From an uncultured Pedosphaera sp. (GTDB lineage: Bacteria; Verrucomicrobiota; Verrucomicrobiia; Limisphaerales; AAA164-E04), in assembly GCA_965214825.1 (NCBI GenBank), contig OZ243981.1, positions 3,121,366 to 3,185,365 of the forward strand: a stretch of DNA of 64,000 bases. Reading direction: 5' to 3'. How positions within the stretch are numbered: the stretch's first letter is position 1; the number at the start of each line of letters is the position of its first letter. Positions 19,253 through 28,841 of the stretch are shown one piece after another. The notes under the pieces were generated by a model, which ran no database searches, was not told where the DNA came from, and saw nothing but the letters and a program-made list of their open reading frames with translations. The position numbers were made by a program, and so were the translations under genes.

Positions 19253-19830
19253 ATGAATCTCAAAGAAGTCATCACCAAAATCAGAACAGAATCCCTCAGC
19301 AACCACGAGCGTGGAGCCTTGTTTGAAAAAATAGCCAAAGTCTTTTTTCAGCAAGACCCGCGCTACAAAGACCGCTTCTCGAAAGTGTGGCAGTGGAACG
19401 AATGGCCCGACCGCGACGGACAAGACACTGGGATTGATCTCGTTGCCAAAGAACGTGAAAGCGGCGACCTGTGGGCCATCCAATGCAAGTTTTACGAACC
19501 GCATCATTACCTCTCCAAAACCGACATCGACTCTTTTCTCGCTGCTTCCGGCAAAAAGCATTTTTCCTACCGTTTGATTGTCTCCACCACTGACAACTGG
19601 TCGGAAAACGCCAGCAAAGCCTTGATCAGACAACACATCCCCTGCCAAAGGATCGGCGTTGCTGAGTTGGCCGAAAGCCCGATTGAATGATCCAACATCT
19701 ACAAACCCGAAAAAACAACAAGAAAAAAGAAAAAGACCCTTCGCCCCCGCTAAAGAAAGGCATTAAAGGACATTGTAAAAAGATTCAAAAACGCGGACAG
19801 GGGCAAGTTGATCATGGCCTGCGGCATTGG
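19253..19830 (+). pseudogene. Remnant of an Mrr-like-nuclease/helicase fusion (restriction-type helicase), with nonsense mutations and a 3' truncation
   Basis: N-terminal Mrr_cat-like domain (GIDLVAKE...LWAIQCKF). In-frame TGA 19688-19690 (IE*SNIY). In-frame TAA 19751-19753 (LRPR*RKAL, where LRPHQ is expected). Then DRGKLIMACGIGN (a degenerate MACGTGKT Walker A), after which similarity ends. Confidence 0.6.
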
Positions 19831-20188
19831 GAACAACTCGGCTTCGCTGTTCGGGGAAGGGCGTGGCGCTGGCCGTTTGCTGCAACAGGGGATCACCGTG
19901 AGACTCGAAACGATGCAGATTATGCGGGGACTTTCGGAAGGAGTGGAATAAATGTGGGGCGGACATTCTTGTCTGCCCGATGCGCCGAAGCACAGGCTGA
20001 AGTTGGATGTCGGTTCCCCTCCGCCCTAACCGCTCTTCGAATCCCGCCGCCCCAGCCACTCTCCGAGTGCCTGCGCCACATTGGCCCCAAATGGCTCGCC
20101 AGTCTGCCTCACATTTTTTGGTTTGCCCCGCAACTTTTCTCGATTTTTGGCGTTTTATCGGCAAGTTTTCGCTGAAATAGGAAACCGA

Positions 20189-21913
20189 ATGACTTCTATC
20201 AAAACTTTGCTGGCCGAGGCGGAGCTGGTGTCTACGGATCAGTTTGAGGCGTGGAGCCGGCAATGGCGGGTGGCTGCTGAGAATGGTTCGGAGGAGACGT
20301 TGCTGGGGTTTTTCAGCCGGGAGCGGGGGTTGTCGGAGGAGCTTTTTTTGCAGCGGCTGGCGGCAACGTTGGATTGGCCTTTTGTGGAGCTTCGGCATGT
20401 GAATGTGCCGGCGGAGGTGCGCCAACGGATTTCCACCAAGGTGGCTTTTCAATACACGGTGATTCCGGTCAGCGAAAATGGCCGGGGGCTGCAGGTAGCG
20501 GTGAGCAATCCGTTTGATTCGGGTTTGTTGGGGGCGGTTCAATACGATGCCGGCGGTCCAGTGGAGTTTGCGCTTTCGCCGAAGGTGGAGATTGAGAAGG
20601 CGCTGAAGAAATACTACGGCGTGGGGGCGGAAACTTTGGACGAATTGGAAGACGACGATGAGCCGATTGAGCTGCTGTTGGGCGAGGACAAAGAGATTAC
20701 GGAGGGGGATCAGGAAGCGAGCGTGATTAAGTTCGTCAACCAAATCATTTGGGAGGCTTTTCAAGATCGCGCTACGGACATTCACTTCGAGCCGGAAGAG
20801 GACGACCTCCGCATCCGCTACCGGGTGGACGGCATTTTGCATCAGGCGCCGATGCCGCCGCAGTTGAAAAAGTTTCAGTCCGCGCTCATCTCCCGCGTCA
20901 AAGTGATGTCCGGCATGGACATCGCCGAAAAGCGCCTCCCGCAAGATGGCCGCATCAATGTCCGCATTAAAGGCGAGGAGCTAGACATCCGGGTGTCCAC
21001 TGTTCCGACGGTTTATGGCGAGAGTGTTTCGCTGCGCTTGCTGACTCGCGGCAAAATTTTTCTGAGCCTGGACAAGCTCGGATTCCAGCCTAAGGACGAG
21101 GAACAGCTTCGGGAGATCATCGTCAAGCCCCACGGAATTATGTTGGTTACCGGCCCCACTGGTTCGGGAAAATCGACTTCCCTTTACGCCTTCCTCAGCT
21201 CCATCAACTCGGTGCAAAAACGGATCATCACCATCGAAGAGCCGGTTGAATACGAGCTGAAAGGCATCAACCAAATTGCAGTTCGCTCGGACATCGGGCT
21301 GACTTTCGCTATGGGGTTGCGTCACATTTTGCGGCAGGACCCGAATGTGGTGATGGTGGGCGAAATCCGCGACATGGAGACGGCAGAAATCGCCATCCGC
21401 GCCTCGCTGACTGGCCATTTAGTGTTTAGCACCTTGCACACGAACGACGCGCCCAGCGCCTTTACCCGGCTCATCGACATGGGCATCGAACCCTTTCTCG
21501 TGGCTTCTTCTGTGGAAGCTGTGATGGCGCAGCGCCTCGTCCGCACTATCTGCCCGCACTGCAAGATCGAGCAGAAAGTCGCGCCCGATTACCTCCGCAA
21601 AATTGGTTTCCCGGGAGAGGAAATCGGCGTCGCCCGATTCCACCACGGCACTGGATGCGAAGACTGCCGGCAGTTGGGCTATCAAGGCCGCCTGGCCATT
21701 TACGAACTTCTGATCATGAACGAAGCCATCCGCCCCCTCATCCTCAACCGCGCCGCCGCCTCCACCATCTCCCAACGCGCTATCGAAATGGGCATGCGCA
21801 CTCTTCGAGTGGACGGTTGGGAAAAGGTCAAAGCCGGCATCACCACCATCGAAGAAGTCCTCCGCGTCACCCAATCCGAAGAACATCTCGGTGCCTTGAT
21901 GGAAGAATCCTAA
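20189..21913 (+). CDS. Type II secretion / type IV pilus assembly ATPase (GspE/PilB family)
   Basis: N-terminal T2SSE_N-like domain. Walker A VTGPTGSGKSTSLY. Asp box, Walker B MVGEIRD, His box STLHTND, and a tetracysteine CPHC...CEDC. Confidence 0.9.
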   Translation: MTSIKTLLAEAELVSTDQFEAWSRQWRVAAENGSEETLLGFFSRERGLSEELFLQRLAATLDWPFVELRHVNVPAEVRQRISTKVAFQYTVIPVSENGRGLQVAVSNPFDSGLLGAVQYDAGGPVEFALSPKVEIEKALKKYYGVGAETLDELEDDDEPIELLLGEDKEITEGDQEASVIKFVNQIIWEAFQDRATDIHFEPEEDDLRIRYRVDGILHQAPMPPQLKKFQSALISRVKVMSGMDIAEKRLPQDGRINVRIKGEELDIRVSTVPTVYGESVSLRLLTRGKIFLSLDKLGFQPKDEEQLREIIVKPHGIMLVTGPTGSGKSTSLYAFLSSINSVQKRIITIEEPVEYELKGINQIAVRSDIGLTFAMGLRHILRQDPNVVMVGEIRDMETAEIAIRASLTGHLVFSTLHTNDAPSAFTRLIDMGIEPFLVASSVEAVMAQRLVRTICPHCKIEQKVAPDYLRKIGFPGEEIGVARFHHGTGCEDCRQLGYQGRLAIYELLIMNEAIRPLILNRAAASTISQRAIEMGMRTLRVDGWEKVKAGITTIEEVLRVTQSEEHLGALMEES

Positions 21914-21952
21914 GCGCCCTGCCCTGCCGAGAAATCAGCCGCCGCTATCCGA

Positions 21953-23323
21953 ATGAAACCGCGCAAGAAAAAATGGCATGAATGCAACGTCGCCCAAGCC
22001 GGCAACACCGCCGCTTGCCTATGGCAATTCCATATCTCTGATCGGCACTATGCGCTCAAGTCCGAAATTGCCGAGACCGCCGGCAATTCCCTGCCCCGGA
22101 AAGCCGCCGGCAAAACCTGGCGGCAGCTCCTCCGGCAAAGGCTCAACATCGCCTGGCTGCCGGAAAATTGCGCCTTCCTGCGCGTGATTCAGATGCCCGA
22201 ATGCGAAGCGGAAGAATTGCGGCAAATGCTCGAATTCCAATTGGAGAAAGTCTCGCCCTTCCCCATCAGCCAAATTGTTTGGAGTTACGAAACCCTTCCC
22301 GCCGCCGAAGCGGGCCAGCAGACCGTGCTCATCCTCCTCGCCGAAGCCTCTGCCGTCGAAACTCATCTGGACACCCTCGAACACGCAGGCTACCAACCCG
22401 ACCGCCTCGAAGCCCCCTGGTGCCACGAACTGCTCGCCCTCGACCGCAGCGCCGACCAACTTTGGATTCGCCTGGAGCAGCAGGGAGAAAACATCATCGC
22501 CCTGACCGCCTGGATACTCGGTCAAACCCTTCGGCACGTGGCCCTCGCCCAACTGCCAGACACGGAAGCCGGCCGGCAAAGCCTCATCGAACAACTCGAC
22601 CGGGCCGCTTGGACTGGGGAAATGGAAGGCTGGCTGAGCAGCATTCCGCCGGCGACTCTCTGCTGCTCGCCCGAAGGCGCCGGCCGTTGGAGCGCTGTTC
22701 TGCAATCCTGGTCAGCCCGCCCCGTGCAAACACAAGCCGCGCCGCCGCCGGCCGAACTGGCCGCGTTGAGCGCCCGCCGCGCCGCTCGCGGAGAATCGCA
22801 AGCCAACCTCCTGCCGGAAACTCGCCGCATCCGTTACCGGCAACAATACATCGACGGCATGTGGATGAAAGGCGGCGGCGTCCTTGCCCTGCTCTACACC
22901 TTCATCATCCTCAGCTACTTTGTCATGCTGGAATGGGTAAAGGGGGATAACAGAAACCTGCAAGCGCAAGTTCGAGCCACCGCCTTGCAATACACCAATG
23001 TCCTCAAAACGCAGGCCCGGGTCAATCTGCTGCAAGAACAAATGGACCTCAAATTCTCCGCTTTGGAATGTCTGCGTACCGTTTCCGAAAAATTACCCGC
23101 TGAGTTGACACTCACCCTCTTCAGATTCGACAAAGGCAGGACATTGCAACTCCGAGGAACAGCCCCCACAGGCCAAAGCCTAAAAGTCACCGCCTATCAA
23201 CGCGACTTGCTCAACGCTCAAGTGGGAGAAGACAAACTTTTCCAAGACGTCAAAGTCACAGAAATCGGCGACGCGTCGGGCAGTTGGGTATTTGAGTGCA
23301 CACTTGCACGAACTGATTCCTGA
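21953..23323 (+). CDS. PilM/GspL-like cytoplasmic domain fused to a PilN-like TM segment (assembly platform component; tentative)
   Basis: Position directly after the ATPase. Block LRVIQMPECEAEELRQMLEFQLEKVSPFPI. Single TM (GGGVLALLYTFIILSYFVML) followed by a PilN-like C-terminal part. Confidence 0.5.
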   Translation: MKPRKKKWHECNVAQAGNTAACLWQFHISDRHYALKSEIAETAGNSLPRKAAGKTWRQLLRQRLNIAWLPENCAFLRVIQMPECEAEELRQMLEFQLEKVSPFPISQIVWSYETLPAAEAGQQTVLILLAEASAVETHLDTLEHAGYQPDRLEAPWCHELLALDRSADQLWIRLEQQGENIIALTAWILGQTLRHVALAQLPDTEAGRQSLIEQLDRAAWTGEMEGWLSSIPPATLCCSPEGAGRWSAVLQSWSARPVQTQAAPPPAELAALSARRAARGESQANLLPETRRIRYRQQYIDGMWMKGGGVLALLYTFIILSYFVMLEWVKGDNRNLQAQVRATALQYTNVLKTQARVNLLQEQMDLKFSALECLRTVSEKLPAELTLTLFRFDKGRTLQLRGTAPTGQSLKVTAYQRDLLNAQVGEDKLFQDVKVTEIGDASGSWVFECTLARTDS

Positions 23324-23907
23324 TGAACGCGCTCTTTGACCGCTACAATCTCAACGCCTTTGAACGGCGCGTTATAGTCGGCATCGGCCTGGTGATTTTC
23401 CTCGCTGTCAACGTGCTATTCGTCTGGCCAAAATTCAGCGAATGGGGAGAACTCCACGCCCAAAAAGAAAGTGCCCAACGGAAACTTCGCCTCTACCAAG
23501 CCACGTTGGACAAACGCAGCAAACTGGAAAAACGCCTGGCAGAACTGGAAAACTCCGGTGCCGACATCATTCCTGAAAACATGCAAGAAAACCAACTAAT
23601 CAGCATCATCCAACAAAAAGCCTTGGAGAGCAAATTCCCCCCCGCCAACATCAGGCCAGTCGCGAACACTTTCCGTAGCGAAGAAAAATTCTTCGAGCAA
23701 AAAGGATTTCAAATAAGCAGAGTCAAAACAAACATGGAACGGTTGATCGCCTTTCTCATCGCTATCGGTAGCGACAACAACTCCATGATCCGCGTCCGGG
23801 ACCTTGCCATCACGCCGGAGAAACATCACCTCTCTTGCGATATAAGTTTCATCGCCAATTACCAAATGCAACCATCCGCAACTTCGGGTGTTCAACGGGA
23901 AAAATAA
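23323..23907 (+). CDS. PilO/GspM-like bitopic protein (tentative)
   Basis: TGATG overlap with the upstream gene. N-terminal TM VIVGIGLVIFLAVNVLFVW followed by a coiled coil. Located between the PilMN-like gene and the secretin. Confidence 0.4.
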   Translation: MNALFDRYNLNAFERRVIVGIGLVIFLAVNVLFVWPKFSEWGELHAQKESAQRKLRLYQATLDKRSKLEKRLAELENSGADIIPENMQENQLISIIQQKALESKFPPANIRPVANTFRSEEKFFEQKGFQISRVKTNMERLIAFLIAIGSDNNSMIRVRDLAITPEKHHLSCDISFIANYQMQPSATSGVQREK

Positions 23908-23967
23908 AAACCGAGAAAACCGCATTTACCAACCACACTCTCCCAACCCGCCGCATCAAAAAATCGG

Positions 23968-26232
23968 ATGAAATCGCTGAACACACCTCTCATAGGAACT
24001 TGGCCCGCCTGGGCAGCCATCGCCCTCCTCGCAGCGGGTTCGCTTCAAGGTGCTGACAACGCCCAACCTGCCCTGCCACCGCAATCGAATTCCGATGCCA
24101 ACGCGCTCATGCGCAAACTGCTTCAGCAAACGCTTGACCGGCAAACCCAAAACAAAGCTGCTCAACCGGCGCTTCCCTTCCCCTCGCCGCCAATCCAAAT
24201 CACCCAACCGCAAAAAAAAACAGCTCAACCGGCGCTTCCATTTCCCGCCCCACCAATCCAAATCACCCGACCGCCGGCAGACCCATCCGCACCGCTTCAC
24301 GACCCAGCCGCCGGCTTGCCCGCCTTCCCCGACAGCGGAGACCCCGGCTTGCGAATTGTCCCGGCAGAGGAAGCCGAATCCGCAGAGGAAACCATCCCGC
24401 ACACCTTCAACTTCCCCAACTCACCCCTCGAACCCATCTTCGAAATGTTCACAGAACTCACCGGTAAAATGGTACTCTACTCCCCGAATGTTACCGGAAC
24501 CATCAACCTCATCAGCGGCTCTGTGGAACTAAGCCGAACTGAAGCCATTGAAGCCATCACCTCCAGCCTAGCCCTCAGCGACATCATCCTCATCCCCCTG
24601 GGAGAGAAATTCGTCAAAGCCGTCCTCATAGCAGATGCCGTCAAACACGCGCCCAAAATCAATCACTTCAACCCGGAACAACTGCCCGAATCCGGCGAAT
24701 TTATCACCCGAATCGTCGAGCTGAACCAGGTAAAACCCAGCGAAGTCGTTGATGTCCTCAAACCGCTCGTTAAAATCCCCGAGGGACTTATCCCCTTCGA
24801 CGCCAGCCAAACCCTGATGATTTGCAGCGACGCCGTCACCATGAAACAACTTTTAAAAGTGCTGAAATCTATCGACGTCGCGCCCGAATTCGATAACACC
24901 ATCGAAGTCATTCCCATCCGTTACAGCCAAGTGGGAGCCCTCTACAACACCATAGACACTTTGATTCAAGGCGGCGGGATGCCCGCTTCCTCTGATCTGA
25001 CAGCCGCTAATCAACCAAGCAGCATCGGGGGCGGGCGATTCGGACAAGGCAGCATCGGCGGCTTCGGCGGGCGGTTCGGACAGGGCAGCAGCTATGGCGG
25101 CGGTTACGGTGGTGGCTACGGCAGCGGCTACCGTCCCTTCCAAGCCAATCGAACGCAGACTTCCACTGCCAGTAACCGAAGCAACTTTCAAGACCGCCTC
25201 AACAAAATCGTCCGAAAAGCCTCCGAAGAGGAAGAAGTGGAACTGCTCAGCCAAGCCAGAATTGTTCCCGACGAACATTCGAACTCCCTGCTCGTCTTCG
25301 CCAACCGACACGACCTGAACATGATCACCAACCTGGTCAGCAAAGTGGACCGCCTTTTGGCGCAAGTCCTCATCGAAGCCATCATCATGGAAATCGGCCT
25401 CAGCGACAGCATGAACCTGGGCGTCAGCTTCTCGCAACAACCGGAAACCCGCGACAAATGGAGTTACGGCGGCGCCCTTGCGACCTCTACAACCGCCTTG
25501 AGATTCGGCAATGACTTCCTCTCCGGCAGCCTGACCAACGCCTTCCCCGAAGGATTCAACTACTTCGGGAAATATAACGACACCCTCCAAGCCGCCGTGA
25601 ACGCCATCGCCAGAGACTCCAACAACCGCGTGATCTCCCGCCCGCGCATTCAAACCTCGCACGCCGTAACCGGCATCTTCTTTCTGGGGGAAAGCGTCCC
25701 CTACGCTTCCGGAACATCTATCGGCTACTACCAAGGCGGCAATCAAACTGTCGTGAGGGAACTCAGCATCGGCATTGGACTCGAGGTTACCCCCTACATC
25801 ACCCCGGAGGGATACATCGTGATGCAAATCAGCCAAACCGTAGACGATCGGGGGCAGGATGTTGTCATCGACGGCAATCCCATCCCCTCCGTTAATCAAA
25901 GACAAGCCACCGCCGTCCTCTCCGTCCGAGACGGTGACACCATCATGCTGGGCGGCTTCATCCGACAAACAAAAAACAATTCAAAATCCGGCGTGCCTCT
26001 CCTGAAAGACCTCCCCCTTCTGGGCGGCCTGTTTCGCAGCAAATCGAATGATAGCCAACGCACGGAAATGATCATCCTCCTCCGGGCAACCGTGCTCGAA
26101 ACCCCGGAAGAAGCTGCCCTAGTGGCCTCGCAAGAGCGGGAAAACATCGACGGCATTCGGGAAATGGAAAAAGACTTTGAAGCCGAACGCCGGGGTAAAA
26201 AGAAAAAACGTCTCAGACTGTTCCAAAGATAA
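23968..26232 (+). CDS. Outer-membrane secretin (GspD/PilQ family)
   Basis: Signal peptide. N-domains. Secretin core VISRPRIQTSHAVTGIFFLGESVPY..., GVPLLKDLPLLGGLFRSKSN..RTEMIILLRATVL. Confidence 0.85.
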   Translation: MKSLNTPLIGTWPAWAAIALLAAGSLQGADNAQPALPPQSNSDANALMRKLLQQTLDRQTQNKAAQPALPFPSPPIQITQPQKKTAQPALPFPAPPIQITRPPADPSAPLHDPAAGLPAFPDSGDPGLRIVPAEEAESAEETIPHTFNFPNSPLEPIFEMFTELTGKMVLYSPNVTGTINLISGSVELSRTEAIEAITSSLALSDIILIPLGEKFVKAVLIADAVKHAPKINHFNPEQLPESGEFITRIVELNQVKPSEVVDVLKPLVKIPEGLIPFDASQTLMICSDAVTMKQLLKVLKSIDVAPEFDNTIEVIPIRYSQVGALYNTIDTLIQGGGMPASSDLTAANQPSSIGGGRFGQGSIGGFGGRFGQGSSYGGGYGGGYGSGYRPFQANRTQTSTASNRSNFQDRLNKIVRKASEEEEVELLSQARIVPDEHSNSLLVFANRHDLNMITNLVSKVDRLLAQVLIEAIIMEIGLSDSMNLGVSFSQQPETRDKWSYGGALATSTTALRFGNDFLSGSLTNAFPEGFNYFGKYNDTLQAAVNAIARDSNNRVISRPRIQTSHAVTGIFFLGESVPYASGTSIGYYQGGNQTVVRELSIGIGLEVTPYITPEGYIVMQISQTVDDRGQDVVIDGNPIPSVNQRQATAVLSVRDGDTIMLGGFIRQTKNNSKSGVPLLKDLPLLGGLFRSKSNDSQRTEMIILLRATVLETPEEAALVASQERENIDGIREMEKDFEAERRGKKKKRLRLFQR
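24158..24274 (+). repeat. Tandem ~63-nt (21-codon) direct repeat inside the secretin N-terminus
   Basis: gctcaaccggcgcttcc(c/a)ttcc..c(g/a)cc(g/a)ccaatccaaatcaccc(a/g)accgc occurs twice. It encodes AQPALPFPSPPIQITQP / AQPALPFPAPPIQITRP. Confidence 0.8.
25027..25131 (+). repeat. Gly-rich low-complexity insert with an internal GGRFGQGS duplication in the secretin
   Basis: Encodes GGGRFGQGSIGGFGGRFGQGSSYGGGYGGGYGSGY. Confidence 0.7.
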
Positions 26233-26343
26233 ACGCCCCGCCCGGCAGCGGCAATGCCAGCGTCTCCAAAACCCGGCAGCGTTTTTTCTTTGACTTTGAC
26301 CTTCATTCCGAGTGGCATTTGCCTGGAACAACGACTGATTCAA

Positions 26344-27105
26344 ATGATGAAACACAACCTTTTCGCCATACTGGGAACCTGCCTTCTCGCCGCCAACACC
26401 ACTGCCGGAGAGCTGGGCTGCTTTGAACTGCGAACCTACACCGCCCGCGATGGGAAGCTGGAAGCGCTGCACAACCGCTTCCGCAGCCATACAATAAAAC
26501 TCTTCGAAAAACACGGCATGGTCAACATCGGCTACTGGACGCCGCAAGAAAACGCCAAACGCCAGCTCATCTACCTGCTCGGCTACCCCGACCGCCAAGC
26601 CCGCGACCAAGCCTGGAAACAATTCTTCGCCGACCCTGCCTGGAAAAAAGCCTACAACGAATCCATCGCCAACGGCCGCCTTGTCGAGAAAGTGGACGCC
26701 CTCTTCCTCGTCCCCACCGATTATTCTCCCAAAATCCGAGCCGCCGCCGCATCCCCCCGCCGCACATTCGAACTGCGAACCTACACCGCAACCCCGAACA
26801 ATCTCGGCAACCTCCACGCTCGCTTTCGAGACCACACCCTCGCCCTCTTTGAAAAACACGGTATGGTCAACTTCGGCTACTTCCAACTGATGCCTGGCCA
26901 ACCCGGCGCCGAAAAAACCCTCGTCTACATCTTGGCCCATAAAAACCGCCAGGCTACCAAAGACGCATTCGCCACCTTCGTAAAAGACCCGAAATGGATC
27001 GCCGCCAAGCAGTTATCAGAAGAAAATGCCGGCGGCCGGCTCACCGTCCGCGGCGGCATCGCCTCATTCTTTATGAACCCCACGGACTACTCTTCAACTC
27101 AGTAA
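26344..27105 (+). CDS. Secreted protein with two tandem NIPSNAP domains
   Basis: MMKHNLFAILGTCLLAANTTA signal. Two copies of ELRTYTA..(G/N)..L..L..RF..HT..LFEKHGMVN.GY. Confidence 0.75.
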   Translation: MMKHNLFAILGTCLLAANTTAGELGCFELRTYTARDGKLEALHNRFRSHTIKLFEKHGMVNIGYWTPQENAKRQLIYLLGYPDRQARDQAWKQFFADPAWKKAYNESIANGRLVEKVDALFLVPTDYSPKIRAAAASPRRTFELRTYTATPNNLGNLHARFRDHTLALFEKHGMVNFGYFQLMPGQPGAEKTLVYILAHKNRQATKDAFATFVKDPKWIAAKQLSEENAGGRLTVRGGIASFFMNPTDYSSTQ

Positions 27106-27110
27106 GAACA

Positions 27111-28292
27111 ATGATCCTCCCCCTCGGACAAGCACCCGCGCCGGCCGGCTCCCCAGCCCAACAAGCGGATTCCCGCCGGCACTTCCTCAAAACCTCCGCT
27201 GCCGGCATCGGCGCCACCATCGCGCTTTCACAAGCCTCTTTCCTCGCCAGCAACGAAGCCACCGACCTTCGCCCCGAAAAGAAACTCGGCTTCGCACTCG
27301 TTGGCCTGGGGTGGTTGGCCACCCATCAGATCGCCCCCGCCCTGGCCAAAACAAAACACTGCCGACTGGCCGGCATCGTGAGCGGCACCCCCGCCAAAAT
27401 CCAATAATGGCAGCAGCAATACAACCTCCCCGCCAAAAACTGCTACTCCTACAAAACCTACAACCAGATCGCGGACAACCCCGAAATCGACATCCTCTAC
27501 ATCCTCCTCCCCAATTCAATGCACGCCGAATACACCATCCGCGCCGCCCGGCTCAGCAAACATGTCCTCTGCGAAAAACCCATGGCCAACTCCGCCGAAG
27601 ACTGCGAAGCCATGATCGCCGCTTGCAACCGGGCCGGGCGAAAACTAGCCATCGGCTACCGCTGCCAATTTGAACCGCACCATCGCCAATGCATCCGCTT
27701 CGCGCAGGAAGAAACCTTTGGAAAAATCAAAATGATCGAAGCCGGATTCGGCTTCAAAATCGGCGACCCGCACCAATGGCGCCTCAAAAAGTCCTACGCC
27801 GGCGGCGGCGCCCTGATGGATGTCGGCATCTACGCCGTCCAAGCCTGCCGCTACCTGGCCGGCGAAGAACCAATCGAAATCTCTGCCACCGAAACCAAAA
27901 CCGACCCCGTCAAATTCAAAGAAATCGATGAATCCATCACCTGGTCGATGAAGTTCCCCAACGGAATCAACACCTACTGCAGCACCACCTACGCCTTCAA
28001 CGGAATCAACCGCTTCACCGCCTGCGGCGACCAAGGCTGGTTCGGACTCAACCCCGGCTACAGCTACAATGGCATCACCGGCGCCACTAGCAAAGGCGAC
28101 GCCATCCAATTCCCCGCCATCGACCAATTCGCCGCTGAAATGGACGACTTCGCCCTGTGCATCCAAAACAACTGCCCCTCCCGCGTCCCCGGCGAAGAAG
28201 GCCTGCGCGACCTCCGCGTCATCGAAGCCATCTACGACTCCATCCGAAACGGAAACACCAGCCACCTCCGCCAAAAGCAACCCCGGCAATAG
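27111..28292 (+). pseudogene. Tat-exported Gfo/Idh/MocA oxidoreductase with a single in-frame TAA at codon 99
   Basis: Twin-arginine signal SRRHFLKTSAAGIGA. GFALVGLG...LAGIVSGTPAKIQ-TAA(27405-27407)-WQQQYNLP...NPEIDILYILLPNSMHAEYTIRAA...KHVLCEKPMA all lie in one frame. Otherwise the gene is full length. Confidence 0.7.
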
Positions 28293-28819
28293 TGAAAACA
28301 CAACGGCTTTCGAGTCTCCTGGCCGCGACCCTCCTGCTGGCCGCCTGCAAACCCACCCAACCGCCGGCCGCTCCAACACCGGGAAACCCCGCTCCCCACG
28401 CAGCTCGAATCAGCCAAGCCCAACCCAAACTCCCCACCATCACCCTCTGGATCGGCGCCAACGAACTCACTGCCGAAGTCGCCCGCTCCTCCACAGAAAT
28501 CGCCGCCGGCATGATGCACCGCACTCAAATGGCCGAAAACGAAGCCATGCTCTTCGTCTTCCGCCAACCGCACCGCGCCTCCTTCTACATGCGCAACACC
28601 CGCATCCCCCTCACCTGTGCTTACATCGGCAGCGACGGCGCCATCCTCGAAACTCACAACATGAAACCCCTAGACGAAACCCCCATCGTCGCCGCCACCG
28701 ACCAAGTCCAATACGTGCTAGAAGTCAACCAAGGCTGGTTCAAAAGACACCGCGTCGCCCCAGGAACCATCATCTCCACACCAAAAGGCCCCCTTCGCAA
28801 AATCTTCTTCGGCCCATGA
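28292..28819 (+). CDS. DUF192/COG1430 family lipoprotein
   Basis: GTG start overlapping the upstream stop. Lipobox LLLAAC. Family-like LWIGANELTAEVA.T..E...GMM.R..M...EAMLFVF......FYM.NT.IPL..AYI..DG.I. Confidence 0.7.
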   Translation: MKTQRLSSLLAATLLLAACKPTQPPAAPTPGNPAPHAARISQAQPKLPTITLWIGANELTAEVARSSTEIAAGMMHRTQMAENEAMLFVFRQPHRASFYMRNTRIPLTCAYIGSDGAILETHNMKPLDETPIVAATDQVQYVLEVNQGWFKRHRVAPGTIISTPKGPLRKIFFGP

Positions 28820-28841
28820 CACCCGCTGCCACCGCCCCGCC

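Noticed and set aside
26241-26281. cccggcagcg occurring twice after the secretin stop, followed by a T-run, as a rho-independent terminator
   Set aside because: The two copies are direct repeats, not inverted, so they cannot form the stem. No alternative GC-rich hairpin was seen by eye.
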